From NCBI GenBank assembly GCA_963762145.1, contig CAVXJS010000015.1:96001-160000 (forward strand): DNA of 64,000 bases, read 5' to 3'. A program made the position numbers and the translations under genes. Shown piece after piece: positions 52,078 through 63,638 of this stretch. The stretch is from an uncultured Candidatus Rokubacteria bacterium (GTDB taxonomy: Bacteria > Methylomirabilota > Methylomirabilia > Rokubacteriales > CSP1-6). Under the pieces are notes generated by a model. It ran no database searches and had not been told where the DNA came from. It saw nothing but the letters and a program-made list of their open reading frames with translations. Position 1 is the stretch's first letter; the number at the start of each line of letters is the position of its first letter.

Positions 52078-52841
52078 TCGAGCCCCGCGGCCGCGAACTT
52101 GGCCTTGAACGCGGGGCGGGTCAGGAAGGCGATGAAGGCCCGGGCGGTCTCCGGCGAGGCGCTGCGCGCGGCCAGGCCCGCGGAGTAGACGGTCACCTTC
52201 TGGAGATCCGGCGGCAGCGGGCCGACCAGCACCACGCCCTTCACCGGTACGATCTCGCTGATCTGGTGCACCACCACCTCGGCCTCGCCGGTCGCGACCT
52301 TCTCGGCGGGATAGCCGCCCGGCACGAGCTGGGTCTTGCCCTTCACCGCGTCCGCGATGCCCAGCCGGTCCAGCACGCTCGCGAAGTGGATGCCACTGGT
52401 GGCGCCCTGCGCCGGATCCACGTAGACGATCGACTTCGCGGAGAGGAGCGCCTGCTTGAAGGCGTCCGAGGTGGCGATGTCGGGTCTCGGCGCGCCCTCC
52501 CGCACGCCCAGCCCCATGCCCGTCCGCGCGAGGTCGGCGCGGCTGCCCGCCACCACCGCGCCCTGCTTCGCCACGTCGTCGATGGCCACGTCGGTCATGA
52601 TGACCACGTCCACCGGCTCGGCGGAGGCCAGCTTGCCGCGCGTGACGCCGACGGTACCGAACGAGAGCGTCACGGTATTCCCGGTCTCCTGCTGAAAGGC
52701 CTGCGCGAGCTCGGTGACGATCGCCCGCACCGCGCCCGCGCTGAAGACCCGGATCTCGGCGGCGGCGGTCACGCCGACCCCCGCGCTCGTGATTGCCGCC
52801 CACGCCACCACCGTGATCGCTATCCGCAACAGGGTCGTCAT
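52068..52841 (-). CDS. ModA-like (SBP_bac_11) substrate-binding protein
   Basis: Signal peptide, EIRVFSAGAV, DPAQGATSGIHF, QISEIVPVKGV..VGPLPPDLQ. Confidence 0.85.
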   Translation of the reverse strand: MTTLLRIAITVVAWAAITSAGVGVTAAAEIRVFSAGAVRAIVTELAQAFQQETGNTVTLSFGTVGVTRGKLASAEPVDVVIMTDVAIDDVAKQGAVVAGSRADLARTGMGLGVREGAPRPDIATSDAFKQALLSAKSIVYVDPAQGATSGIHFASVLDRLGIADAVKGKTQLVPGGYPAEKVATGEAEVVVHQISEIVPVKGVVLVGPLPPDLQKVTVYSAGLAARSASPETARAFIAFLTRPAFKAKFAAAGLDYR

Positions 52842-52922
52842 GTCTTGTCCCCTTCGGAGGCCGGGACCGGGCCCACCTCCGGGTTCAGGTCGTGAAGCGG
52901 CCCGCCCGGCGAACCTCCGGCG

Positions 52923-55268
52923 TCAACCTCCATGACCGCCTCGGAGGAAGGCGGGCAGGATCGGCAGCGCGGTGATCGCCACGCCGAGCGGTTTCATCGC
53001 GTCGGCCACCGCGTTCGCGATGGCCGCCGGCGCGCCGATCGTACCGCCCTCGCCCATGCCCTTGTAGCCGCCCGGCGTCAGCGGCGACGGCGTCTCCAGA
53101 TGGCCGATGACGAAGAACGGGAGCGCGCCCGCCGTCGGGAGCGCGTAGTCCATCAGAGTGCCGGTCACGAGCTGGCCGCTCTCGTCGTAGACGAGGCGCT
53201 CGCCCAGGGCCTCGCCGATGCCCTGGGCCACCGCCCCGTGGATCTGCCCCTCGACGATCATCGGATTGATCACCGGCCCGCAGTCCTCGACGACCGTGTA
53301 TTCGCGGACCGTGACCCGCCCGGTCTCGGGCTCCACCTCGACGCCGGCCACGTGCACCGCGCCCGAGAAGGTCGGCCCCGGCGGATCGAAGGACTGGGTC
53401 GCCTCGAGTCCCGGCTCCATGCCCGCGGGCAGACCGCCGGGCGGCGGCGCGCAGGCCAGCCGCGCGACCTCGGCCACCGACACGCCACGATCGGGCATCC
53501 CTCGCACGCTCACGCGCCCGTCACGAAGCAGCAGGTCCGCCGGGCTCGCCTCGAGCACCGCCCCCGCGATCGCCAGCAGCTTGCGCCGCACGGTGCCCGC
53601 CGCCGCGTCGGCCGCGCCGCTCTGGGCGATGGCGCCGCGGCTCGCGAAGGTGCCGGTCCCGCCGGGCGCGCTGTCCGTATCGGGCTGCCGCACCGTCACC
53701 GCCTCGAGCGCCACCCCGAGCTGATCGGCGACGAGCTGCGCGGTGGTGGTGGCGTGCCCCTGCCCCTGGGAGGGAAACGACACGTAGCAGGTGACCTGGC
53801 CGTCCGCCGCCATCTCGACCCTCGCGGCCTCGTGTCCCGGCACGTCCGCCATGCCGCGGCGGCGATACGTCTCGGAGCCGATGCCCGTGTACTCCGTGTA
53901 GCACGCCAGGCCGACGCCCAGCAGCCGGCCCCGCGCCCGTCCGGCCTCGCGCTCGCGCGTGAGCCGGTCGTAGCCGGCCAGGGTGAGCGCCTCCTCGAGC
54001 GCCTTCGGATAGTCGCCGCTATCGTAGACGAAGCCGGTGGCCGAGGTGAAGGGGTAGGCGTCCCGCGAGATGAGGTTGCGGCGGCGGATCTCGGCGGGGT
54101 CGAGGCCGAGCCGCGCGGCGAGCAGGTCCAGCGTGCGCTCCATCACGAAGGCGCCCATGGTCATGCCCACTCCGCGGTAGGCGCCGAGCGGCGGCTTGGT
54201 GGTGGCGAGCGAGGTGAGATGGAACGCGTAGGCCGGCGTGCGGTACGGCCCGGGCAGGATGGACGCGGTGCCCAGCGGCTCGAGGGCGGCGGTGAGCGGG
54301 TAGATGTGATAGGCGCCCGCGTCCGACCACAGGCGCGCGCGCAGCGCCAGCAGCAGGCCGGTCGGATCGGCGGCCGCCTCGATCTCCACGCGTGCCTCGC
54401 GGGTCTGGGCGGCCGCGGAAAGGTTCTCGCTCCGGGTCTCGATCCACTTCACCGGGCGCCCGACCCGACGGGCCAGCGCGGCCACCGCCAGGTCCTCGGG
54501 CATCAGGTGCATCTTCTGGCCGAAGCCGCCACCGGTATCCGTCACGATCACGCGCACGCGGGCCTCGGGCAGATCGAACGCCCGGGCGACGCCGACGCGA
54601 AAGACGTGCGGCACCTGGCTGCCCGTCCAGAGCGTGAGCGCGTCGCCCTCCCACCGCGCGATCACTCCGCGGCCCTCGAGGGGCGAGGCGGAGCAGCGGG
54701 CGTGGGTGAACGTCTCGCGAATCACGACGGCCGCCGCCGCGAAGGCCCCGTCCACGTCGCCCTGGCCGCCGCGCCGCTCGAAGAGCACGTTGGAGCCGTG
54801 CTCGGGGTGCAGGCGCGGCGCCCGGGGATCGAGCGCGGCGGCCGCGTCGGGCACCGCGGGCAGCGGATCGTAGTCGACCTGGACGAGCCCGCAGCCGTCC
54901 ACCGCGGCGTAGGGCGTGGTGGCGGCGACCGCCGCCACCGCCTCGCCGACGAAGCGCACGCGAGCGGTCGGCAGGGCGGGCCAGGCCGTCGCGGCGAAGC
55001 CGGGCGCCTCGAGCCGCGGCGCGAGCGGGGCCACCACCCCGTCGAGATCACGGCCGGTCAGCACCAGCTCCACCCCGGCCGCGGCGCGCGCGGCCGTGGT
55101 GTCCACCGAGCGCAGCTCGGCGTGGGCGTGCGGACTCCGCGCGAAGGCGGCGTGCAGCAGGCCGGGCAGCGTGACATCGTCCAGAAAGCGTCCGCGCCCC
55201 GCCAGCAGGCGCGGGTCCTCCAGCCGCTTGACGTGAGCGCCGAGATAGCGCGGCGGCGGCGCGGACAG
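52923..55268 (-). CDS. Xanthine dehydrogenase/CoxL-family molybdopterin-binding subunit (probable CTG start at 55268)
   Basis: YLGAHVKRLEDPRLLAGRGRFLDD, ARSPHAHA, GGGFGQK, AYRGVG, QGQGHATT, EDCGPVINPMIVEGQIHG, KGMGEGG. Confidence 0.9.
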   Translation of the reverse strand: MSAPPPRYLGAHVKRLEDPRLLAGRGRFLDDVTLPGLLHAAFARSPHAHAELRSVDTTAARAAAGVELVLTGRDLDGVVAPLAPRLEAPGFAATAWPALPTARVRFVGEAVAAVAATTPYAAVDGCGLVQVDYDPLPAVPDAAAALDPRAPRLHPEHGSNVLFERRGGQGDVDGAFAAAAVVIRETFTHARCSASPLEGRGVIARWEGDALTLWTGSQVPHVFRVGVARAFDLPEARVRVIVTDTGGGFGQKMHLMPEDLAVAALARRVGRPVKWIETRSENLSAAAQTREARVEIEAAADPTGLLLALRARLWSDAGAYHIYPLTAALEPLGTASILPGPYRTPAYAFHLTSLATTKPPLGAYRGVGMTMGAFVMERTLDLLAARLGLDPAEIRRRNLISRDAYPFTSATGFVYDSGDYPKALEEALTLAGYDRLTREREAGRARGRLLGVGLACYTEYTGIGSETYRRRGMADVPGHEAARVEMAADGQVTCYVSFPSQGQGHATTTAQLVADQLGVALEAVTVRQPDTDSAPGGTGTFASRGAIAQSGAADAAAGTVRRKLLAIAGAVLEASPADLLLRDGRVSVRGMPDRGVSVAEVARLACAPPPGGLPAGMEPGLEATQSFDPPGPTFSGAVHVAGVEVEPETGRVTVREYTVVEDCGPVINPMIVEGQIHGAVAQGIGEALGERLVYDESGQLVTGTLMDYALPTAGALPFFVIGHLETPSPLTPGGYKGMGEGGTIGAPAAIANAVADAMKPLGVAITALPILPAFLRGGHGG

Positions 55269-55275
55269 GAGCTAG

Positions 55276-55314
55276 CCCCTCACCCTGCCCTCTCCCCTTC
55301 GGGGAGAGGGTGAG
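55276..55314. repeat. REP-like family 1, copy 3
   Basis: cccctcaccctgccctctccccttcggggagagggtgag. Confidence 0.85.
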
Positions 55315-55323
55315 CCCACCGGC

Positions 55324-56427
55324 TCATGGCCGCGCCACGCGGGGCAGCACCTCGCTGGCCAGCAGCTCGAGCTGGTCCATCCCCCAGGTGAGCGGGTTCA
55401 GCACGACGTACTCGCAGCCGCCGAGGTTGGCGACCTTGGCCCGGATCTTCTCGGCCAGCTCCTCCGCTTCCCCCAGGAGATAAAACTCCCGCCAATAGGG
55501 GAGATCCATGCCGGAGTAGGTCTTGAAATGCGGGATCGCGGTCTCCGGCTTCTCGCCCTTGCGGAGCACCCACACGAAGTTCGAGTAGACCTTGTTCATG
55601 TCGCCGGGCTTGCGGCCGAACTCGCCCATGAAGCGCTGGATCTTCTCCCAGTCCCCCTTCACCATGTCGGCGGTGGCGGAGGAGTGCGGGACCCAGGTCT
55701 TCGCGTACTTGGCGATGCGCCGCAGCACCGGGTCGATGTTGGTGACGGTCTGGCCGTACACCTTCTCGAAGGGCTGGCTGCCGCCGCCGATCCAGATGGG
55801 CGGATGGGGCTTCTGCGCGGGCTTGGGATCGATCGTGAGGTTGCGGAACTTGTAGTACTTGCCCTCGTACGTGACGTTGTCGCCCGCCCAGAGCGCGGTC
55901 ACCGCCTCCAGCATCTCGTCCATCCGCCGGCCGCGCTCCTTGTGCGGCACGCCCATGAGGGCGAACTCCTCCTCGTGCCAGCCGACCCCCGCGCCCAGGA
56001 TGCTCCGCCCGCCCGAGAGCAGGTCGAGCGTGGCCCACTCCTTGGCGAAGTAGGCCGGGTTGCGGAGGGGGAGGACCAGCACCATGGTGCCGAGCTTGAT
56101 CGTCCGCGTGACGCCGGCCAGGGCCGAGAGCAGCGCGATCGGCTCCAGCCAGGTGCAGGCGTAGGCGGGCGGGGTCAGCAGGAGATGGTCGATGGACACC
56201 GCGCAGTCGAAGCCCAGGTCCTCCGCGCGCCGCAGGTAGGCGCCCATCTCGGCGAGCGAGGCGGTCCGGGGGCCGAGCGCGAAGCTCGGGAGGCGCAGGC
56301 CGAACTTCATGCCTCCGGCACCGAGGCCGCCTTTGGCGCGCGGCCCACCGGAACGACTCTTTTCCGGGCGCGTCCCCGCGACCTTCTGCGGTTTGCGGTT
56401 TGGCCTCTTCGCCCCTTTGGGGCTCAT
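55324..56427 (-). CDS. LLM-class flavin/F420-dependent oxidoreductase (alternative start MKFGL at 56310)
   Basis: AEDLGFD.AVSIDH, ATLDLLSGGR..LGAGVGW..EEF, PKPAQKPHPPIWIGGG. Confidence 0.9.
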   Translation of the reverse strand: MSPKGAKRPNRKPQKVAGTRPEKSRSGGPRAKGGLGAGGMKFGLRLPSFALGPRTASLAEMGAYLRRAEDLGFDCAVSIDHLLLTPPAYACTWLEPIALLSALAGVTRTIKLGTMVLVLPLRNPAYFAKEWATLDLLSGGRSILGAGVGWHEEEFALMGVPHKERGRRMDEMLEAVTALWAGDNVTYEGKYYKFRNLTIDPKPAQKPHPPIWIGGGSQPFEKVYGQTVTNIDPVLRRIAKYAKTWVPHSSATADMVKGDWEKIQRFMGEFGRKPGDMNKVYSNFVWVLRKGEKPETAIPHFKTYSGMDLPYWREFYLLGEAEELAEKIRAKVANLGGCEYVVLNPLTWGMDQLELLASEVLPRVARP

Positions 56428-56993
56428 CGGAGTCCGTCCTCTTTCTTGGCCTCGGCCACCGTGAGGCCGCCGACCCGCGCATGGGGCCGCCCGCCGTCGG
56501 TGACCACCAGGGCCACCAGGATCTCGTTGGCGCGAGGGGCGTCGTTGACCCGGACCTCCATCGCGTCGAAGTGGGTGCGCACGAAGGCCGCGTCCTTGTA
56601 GTGGAGCGGGACGTCGATGGTGGCTCCGGGGCCGCCGAGCTTCTTGGCGGACGGGATGATCGCCTTTCCGCCGTGCACGAGCGCGCGGAACGGGGTCCCC
56701 AGGGTGGGATGCAGGATCGCGGCCGCGTGCTCGTACTCGCCGTCCGTTCCCACGATGGCCGCCTTGCCGTAGGAGTGCACCGGCCCGCCCAGCGCCATCA
56801 CCGCGCGGCGGCCGAGGAGATCGCCCAGCTCCTCGCCGGTCTTGACCAGCTCCTGGAGGTCCTCGACGTAGCGCCCCGCGAACGGGTTCGCGATCACCGC
56901 GATCGCCGCGATCTTCCTGAGCGGCTTCTCCAGGCGTCGCCCCCCGTCCTCCTGGATCTCCTCCACCACCGTGAGCAGCTTCCGAATTTTCAT
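56424..56993 (-). CDS. Amino acid synthesis family protein (AA_synth/DUF1185)
   Basis: IANPFAGRYVEDL, YGKAAIVGTDGEYEHAAAILH, DVPLHYKDAAFVRTHFD, GRPHARVGG. Confidence 0.88.
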   Translation of the reverse strand: MKIRKLLTVVEEIQEDGGRRLEKPLRKIAAIAVIANPFAGRYVEDLQELVKTGEELGDLLGRRAVMALGGPVHSYGKAAIVGTDGEYEHAAAILHPTLGTPFRALVHGGKAIIPSAKKLGGPGATIDVPLHYKDAAFVRTHFDAMEVRVNDAPRANEILVALVVTDGGRPHARVGGLTVAEAKKEDGLR

Positions 56994-57012
56994 CGAGTGA
57001 CCTCCTGCGGCA

Positions 57013-58188
57013 TCAGTGACCTCCCGCGGCCGGACCCTGCCCCTTCACGACCTCCGCCGCGCGCGTGGCGGGCGGGGTGTTCCGGCTCCGCCCGATCTTG
57101 ATCTGCCCGTCGATGAGAATCATGGAGACCCCGAAGAGATCGCCGACCCGCAGCGCCTCCAGCGCGGTCCGGCCCTGCGAGCCGATCGGCGCGTCCACGA
57201 TGCAGACGTCGGCCTCCCGGCCCGGCGCGATCACACCCACCGGCAGCTTGTAGACCCGCGCGGTATTGCCGGTCGCCATGCACACCGCCTCCTCGGGGGC
57301 GACGCCGCCGAGCGAGACCAGGTGGGCGAGCACGCGCAGGATGCCCAGCGGGACCACGCCGGTGCCGGAGGGCGCGTCGAGCCCGATGATGATGCGGTCG
57401 GTCGCCTTCGCCTCCTGGGCCCGGCGCAGGGCGTGGAGCGCGGCCTTGCCGTTGCCGCAGTGGACGATCTCGAGTGCCATCCGGGTGGCCACCAGGGCAT
57501 CGATCTCGCGCTCGCTCATCGCGGTGGTCCCGCCGTTGATGTGGCCGACCACGTCCGGGTCGGCCTCCAGCACGACCTCGCCACTGATCGCGTTGGAGCC
57601 CGCGATGGACGGCCCGCCGGTATGGATGGTCACGGTCATGCCGTGCTTCTTGGCCCACCGGACCATCGGCGCCGCGTCCTTGCCGGTCTTGACCGAGCCG
57701 AGCCCGATCTCGCCGACCAGCTTGACGCCGGCCTTCGCCATCTCCGCGAAATCCGCCTCCTCCATGCCCAGCTCCAGGATCGGGGCGCCCGCGTGCATCT
57801 TGACCCCGGCGGGCCGCGCGTTCGCGTAGGCCTTGGCGGCCACGATGGCGAGCGCCTTCAGCCCCACGATGTCCCTGGGGCGCCCGGGCAGGTGCACCTC
57901 GCCCGCCGAGATCATGGTGGTGATGCCGCCGTTGAGGCCGGAGTCGATGAAGTCGATGGTCCGCTGCCGAGGCGTGAAGTCGCCGAAGACGGGATGGCAG
58001 TGCGAGTCGATGAGGCCCGGGACCACCGTGCTGCCCCGGGCGTCGATGACGGTGTCGGCGTCGTCCTCGAGGCCGCGCCCGATCGCCGCGATCTTGCCGT
58101 CCGCGATGGCGATCGAGTCGCCGTCGAGCAGGGGCTTCGCGATGTCGCCGGACACGATCTGCCCGATGTTCCTGATCAGCGTCTTCAA
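57013..58188 (-). CDS. ena: Enamidase-like amidohydrolase
   Basis: IRNIGQIVSGDI, PGLIDSHCH, DFTPRQRTIDFI, GITTMISAGEVHLPGRP, NARPAGVKMHAGA, HTGGPSI, HINGG, DAPSGTGV. From memory this closely resembles Eubacterium barkeri enamidase. Confidence 0.8.
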   Translation of the reverse strand: MKTLIRNIGQIVSGDIAKPLLDGDSIAIADGKIAAIGRGLEDDADTVIDARGSTVVPGLIDSHCHPVFGDFTPRQRTIDFIDSGLNGGITTMISAGEVHLPGRPRDIVGLKALAIVAAKAYANARPAGVKMHAGAPILELGMEEADFAEMAKAGVKLVGEIGLGSVKTGKDAAPMVRWAKKHGMTVTIHTGGPSIAGSNAISGEVVLEADPDVVGHINGGTTAMSEREIDALVATRMALEIVHCGNGKAALHALRRAQEAKATDRIIIGLDAPSGTGVVPLGILRVLAHLVSLGGVAPEEAVCMATGNTARVYKLPVGVIAPGREADVCIVDAPIGSQGRTALEALRVGDLFGVSMILIDGQIKIGRSRNTPPATRAAEVVKGQGPAAGGH

Positions 58189-58210
58189 GGCGCCTCCGGC
58201 CTCCCTATGT

Positions 58211-58245
58211 CCCTCTCCCCTCAGGGGAGAGGGCAGGGTGAGGGG
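58211..58245. repeat. REP-like family 1, copy 4
   Basis: ccctctcccctcaggggagagggcagggtgagggg. Confidence 0.85.
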
Positions 58246-58264
58246 TGGTAAGTGAAGGTGATGC

Positions 58265-58959
58265 TCATACCGTCAGATACTTCCTTCGCAGTGCCTCGTC
58301 GGCCATGAGCTGGCTCATGGGCCCGTCGAAGCGGATCTCCCCCTTCTCGATGATGTAGGCGCGATCGGCGAGCCGCGCCGCGAACTTGAGATTCTGCTCG
58401 GAGAGCAGGATCGTCAAGCCCTCTCGCTTGAGGGCGGCGATCTGGTCGCCGAGGGCCCGCACGATCACCGGGGCCAGGCCCTCGGACGGCTCGTCGAGCA
58501 GCAGCACACGCGGGTTGCCCATCAGCGTGCGCGCCACCGTCAGCATCTGCTGCTCGCCGCCCGAGAGGCTCCCGGCCCGGCGGCTCGCCAGCTCCAGGAG
58601 CTTGGGAAAGAACTGGTAGACGCGCGCCTCGCTCCACACCCCGCCGCCCTTGGCGCCCACCGTCAGGTTCTCCTCGACGGTGAGATCGGCGAAGATGCGG
58701 CGGTCCTCCGGCACGTATCCCACCCCGACCCGGCTGATCTCGTGGGTCGGCCGCCGCGTGATCTCGCGTCCGTCGAAGCGGATGGCGCCGGCGGTCACCT
58801 CGACCAGACTCACGATCGCCTTGAGCGTGGTGGACTTGCCCGCGCCGTTGCGCCCCAGCAGCGACACCACCTCGCCCGCCCGCGCGGAGAGCGTCACGCC
58901 GTGGAGCACCCGCGACAGGCCGTAGCCGGCCTGCACCGCCTCGAGCTCGAGAGAGTCCT

Positions 58960-58963
<4 letters not shown>
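58265..58963 (-). CDS. Branched-chain-type ABC transporter ATPase (LivF-like)
   Basis: GRNGAGKST, LSGGEQQML, LLLDEPSEGLAP, SEQN. Confidence 0.93.
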
Positions 58964-59720
<757 letters not shown>

Positions 59721-59724
<4 letters not shown>

Positions 59725-61547
59725 GAGCGCCGCCCGGCGAGCATGCCCGCGATGCCGCGCGGGAAGGCCAGCACCAGCACCAGGAGAATCGCGCCCAGCA
59801 CGATCTGCCAGTAGTCGGTGTAGCGCGTGATCACGGTATCGAGCAGCTTGTAGACCGCGGCGCCGATGAGCGGCCCTGCCGGCGAGCCCACCCCGCCCAG
59901 CAGCACCATCACCAGCGGCTGCACCGACATGGGTGACTCGGTGTAGACCGGGAACACGCTCCCCTTGAGGAAGGCGTAGATGGCGCCCCCGAGGCCCGCC
60001 ACGAATCCGGCCACCACGAACGCGGTCCACTGGAGCGCGCGGATGTTCACGCCGACCGCCTCCGCGCGGCGCGCGTGATCGCGCACGGCCCGCAGCGTGA
60101 GGCCGAAGGGCGACGCGGTCACTACCCGAAGCAGGAGCAGGCCCACGAGGGTGGCCGCGAGCGCCCAGTAGTAGTAGCGGCTCGGCGTGCCCAGCCAGCG
60201 GGCCGGCCAGACGCTCAGCATGCCGTTGTCGCCGCCGGTGACGTCGTCCCACTGGTGCACCACCGCGTAGACGATCTGGGCGAAGGCGAGCGTCAGCATC
60301 GCGAAGTAGATGCTGGTGAGCCGCACGCAGAAGTAGCCGAAGACGCAGGCGGCCAGCCCGGCCACCACCGGGGCGAGCACGAACGCGGCGGGCATGGGCA
60401 GGCCGGCCAGCTGGAGTAGCACCGCCGCGCCGTACGCGCCCAGCCCGAAATAGGCCGCGTGGCCGAACGACACCATGCCGCCCACCGACATCAGGAGATG
60501 CAGGCTCGCCGCGAAGAGGGCGAAGGCGAGGATCTCGACCGCGATCGAGACCCAGAAGGTCGGCAGCACCAGGGGCAGGCCGGCGAGCGCGATCAACCCG
60601 GCGCCGAGCCAGATCGGCCCGAGCCGCCGGGGCTCCGCCTCCACCACCCCGCCGCTACCCGGCGGACGGAGCTGGATCTCGGGCCGGCCCAGCAGGCCCC
60701 ACGGCCGGACCACCAGCACCACCGCCATCACCACGAAGATCAGCACGATGGCGATCTTCGGCAGCAGGAGCACGCCGTAGGCATTGAGCACGCCGATGAG
60801 GAGCGAGGCGAGCAGCGCGCCCCAGACCGATCCCATGCCCCCGATCACCACCACCACGAACGCCTCCACGATGATGGAGGTGTCCATCACGGTGGTCAGC
60901 GCCAGCCGCGGGACCTGGAGGGCGCCGCCGAGGCCGGCCAGGAAGGAGCCCAGCACGAACACGGAGGTGAAGAGCCGCGACTGGTCCACCCCGAGCGCGG
61001 CGACCATCTCGCGATCCTGGGTGGCGGCGCGGATGAGCACGCCCCACCGCGTGCGATGGAAGAGCAGCCAGAGGCCGAGCGCGACGAGCGGCCCGAAGGC
61101 GATGACCGCGAGGTCGTAGGAGGGAAAGAGCTGGCCCGCGATCTGCACCGAGCCGGCCAGGCCCGGCGCGTTCGGGCCGGTCTTGTTGTCGGCGCCCCAG
61201 AGGTACCGGACCGCGTCGGCGGTCACCAGCACCAGCGCGAAGGTGAGGAGGAGCTGGTAGAGCTCGGGCGCCTTGTAGACACGCCGGAGCAGCAGCACCT
61301 CGACCAGGCCGCCCAGCGCCGCCACCAGGACCGCCGCCAGCAGCACCGCCGCGTAGAAGGCCACCGGACCGCCGGGGAGCGCCGCGGCCAGCGAGTAGGT
61401 CAGGTAGGCGGCGAGCATGTAGAAGGAGCCGTGGGCGAAGTTGACGATGCGGGTGACGCCGAAGATCAGCGAGAGCCCGGACGCGATGAGGAACAGGAAC
61501 ATCGCGTTGGCGAGCCCGCTCAGCAGCTGGACGAAGAGGAGGGACAT
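59721..61547 (-). CDS. Fused LivH-LivM ABC transporter permease
   Basis: First half GLSLIFGVTRIVNFAHGSFYM...RPWGLLG; second half GMVSFGHAAYFGLGAY...FPRGIAG. Confidence 0.92.
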
Positions 61548-61551
61548 GAGG

Positions 61552-61593
61552 CCCCCTCACCCTGCCCTCTCCCCCGCGGCGGGGGAGAGGGAG
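61552..61593. repeat. REP-like family 1, copy 5
   Basis: ccccctcaccctgccctctcccccgcggcgggggagagggag. Confidence 0.85.
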
Positions 61594-61611
61594 ATCGAGT
61601 GAGAGTCGGTC

Positions 61612-62826
61612 TTAATTGGCCGGGCGAAGCTTCTTGGCTTCTTCTTCGGTCGGCAGCACCTTCTCGCCCGGCACGTACTCGTGGTTCACCATGATGCCGA
61701 CCCCGCGCTGGGGATCGAGCTTGGTCGTCCCCACCCACGCACCCATGGTGGACTGCCCGTCCGCGGCGCGGAACATGACCGGTCCCATCGGGGTCTCGAC
61801 CTTCAGGCCCTTGAAAGCGGCGACCAGCTTGGGCGTCTCCGTGGAGCCCGCCTTCTTGATCGCCTCGGCCACCGACATGTAGGCGATGTAGCCGATGATC
61901 GAGCCGAGCACGGGGGTCTTGTCCCCGCGCTTGATGTAGCGCGCGACCCACTCCGGATGTCCCGCGGTCTTCACGTCGTACCAGGGATAGCCGGTCACCA
62001 GCATGCCCTCGGGCGCCTCGAGCTTGAGCGGATCGATGTACTCGGGCTCGCCGAGCAGGATGCCCACCACGAACATCTTCTGGAAGAGCCCCCGCTTCTG
62101 GGCCTCGCGCACGAACGCGAGCCAGTCGCTGCCGAAGAGCGAGACGTAGAGCGCGTCCGGGTTCTGGGCCATGATCGCGGTGACGAGCGGGCCAGGCTCG
62201 ATCTTGCCGAGGGTCGGCCAGTGCTCGCCCACCATCTGCACGTCGGGCTTCAGCTCCTTGAGCCGGTCCCGGAAGGTCTCCCACGCGCGCTTGCCGTACT
62301 CGTAGTTGGGGCCGATGGTGGCCCACTTCACGTACTTCATCTTGCCGGCCTTGTCGGCCAGCATGCGCCCCTGCTCGTAGGTGTTGGGGCGCAGGCGCAC
62401 CGCGTAGTCGTGTCCCTTGGACCAGGTGAGCGCCTCGGTCAGCGACTCGGAGGCCATGAACATGGTCTTGTTCTGCTTGGCCCAGTCCGAGACCGCGAGC
62501 CCCACGTTGGAGAGGAAGGTCCCGGTGATCATCGCGACCTTGTCGGACTCGACCAGCTCCTGGGCGTGCTTGACCGCCTCCGCCGGCTGGGCCTTGTCGT
62601 CGCGGAACAGGACCTCGATCTTGCGGCCGAGCACGCCTCCCTTGGCGTTGATCTCCTCCACGGCCATCTCGACGCCGACGCGGTAGGGTCCCGTGAAGGG
62701 CGCGCCGATGCCGCTGTAGGTATTGATGTCGCCGATCTTGATCGGCGCCTGGGCCGCGACGGAGCCGGCCCCCAGCGCGAGCAGGAGCGCGGCCGTCAGG
62801 AGGGACAGGAGACGGGGTGCACGCAT
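61612..62826 (-). CDS. Branched-chain-type ABC transporter substrate-binding protein
   Basis: Signal peptide MRAPRLLSLL, PIKIGDINTYS, EINAKGGVLGRKIE..RDD, NYEYG. Confidence 0.92.
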   Translation of the reverse strand: MRAPRLLSLLTAALLLALGAGSVAAQAPIKIGDINTYSGIGAPFTGPYRVGVEMAVEEINAKGGVLGRKIEVLFRDDKAQPAEAVKHAQELVESDKVAMITGTFLSNVGLAVSDWAKQNKTMFMASESLTEALTWSKGHDYAVRLRPNTYEQGRMLADKAGKMKYVKWATIGPNYEYGKRAWETFRDRLKELKPDVQMVGEHWPTLGKIEPGPLVTAIMAQNPDALYVSLFGSDWLAFVREAQKRGLFQKMFVVGILLGEPEYIDPLKLEAPEGMLVTGYPWYDVKTAGHPEWVARYIKRGDKTPVLGSIIGYIAYMSVAEAIKKAGSTETPKLVAAFKGLKVETPMGPVMFRAADGQSTMGAWVGTTKLDPQRGVGIMVNHEYVPGEKVLPTEEEAKKLRPAN

Positions 62827-62880
62827 GCGGAACCTCCTCGTGGTTCGTGTGTCGCTGAGTAGAGCAAATGCGCGGAGACA

Positions 62881-62905
62881 GTCAAGCCGATTCTCCCGCT
62901 TGACA
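62881..62905. promoter_or_regulatory. Divergent promoter/operator palindrome between the SBP gene and the XRE regulator
   Basis: GTCAAGC-N10-GCTTGAC, i.e. back-to-back TTGAC(A/T) boxes on opposite strands. Confidence 0.5.
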
Positions 62906-62950
62906 GGAAGGATAGCCGAGTGGTTTCCTCTGGGGCAAGCGGAGATTGCT

Positions 62951-63637
62951 TTGGACGAAAGCCCGGAAACGAGGCAGCTGGTCGACGCGGTGGCGGCACG
63001 CCTGCGGGAAGCGCGGCGCGCCCATCGCCTCACCCTGCGCGCGCTCAGCGAGAAGACCGGGCTCTCGGAGCCGTTCCTCTCGCGGCTCGAGCGGGGGCGC
63101 GTCTCGACCTCGATCGCCAATCTCATCCTCATCACCCGCACCGTCGGCATCGATCTGGGGCAGCTCTTCCAGGGCGTGTCGGGCACGACCACCACGCAGC
63201 ACTACGCGCTGGTGCGCGCGGCCGAGCGGCGCCCGCCCCAGGACGTGCCGGCCACCGGCTACACCTATCAGCCGATGGCGGTGGGCTGGCCGGGACAGCG
63301 GATGGACGCATTCGTGCTGACGTTCCCGGTCAAGAACCGGGCCGACGTGCTCACCGCGCACGAGGGCGAGGAGCTGTCGTTCGTGCTCCAGGGCGAGATC
63401 CTCTTCCAGCTCGGCGACGAGAAGATCCCGCTCAAGACCGGCGACTGCCTCTACTTCAACGCCGAGATCCCCCACATGGGCAAGAACGTCGGGCGCGTGG
63501 ACGCCAAGGTGCTCATGGTGGCGGCCCCCGGCCGCGGGCCCGGCCGCGAGTACGGCTGGTGGAAGGTGCCGGGCCCGGCCGCGACAGCGCCGCCGCGCCG
63601 GGCGCGCCGGTCATCCCGGACAAGGAGAGATCCCTAG
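62951..63637 (+). CDS. XRE-family transcriptional regulator with C-terminal cupin domain
   Basis: RLREARRAHRLTLRALSEKTGLSEPFLSRLERG; cupin HEGEELSFVLQG...GDCLYFNAEIPH; TTG start after GGAG. Confidence 0.88.
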   Translation: MDESPETRQLVDAVAARLREARRAHRLTLRALSEKTGLSEPFLSRLERGRVSTSIANLILITRTVGIDLGQLFQGVSGTTTTQHYALVRAAERRPPQDVPATGYTYQPMAVGWPGQRMDAFVLTFPVKNRADVLTAHEGEELSFVLQGEILFQLGDEKIPLKTGDCLYFNAEIPHMGKNVGRVDAKVLMVAAPGRGPGREYGWWKVPGPAATAPPRRARRSSRTRRDP

Positions 63638-63638
63638 G

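Noticed and set aside
52923-55268. True aerobic CO dehydrogenase (form I CoxL)
   Set aside because: The active-site loop is AYRGVG, not AYXCSFR, and there is no adjacent coxM or coxS
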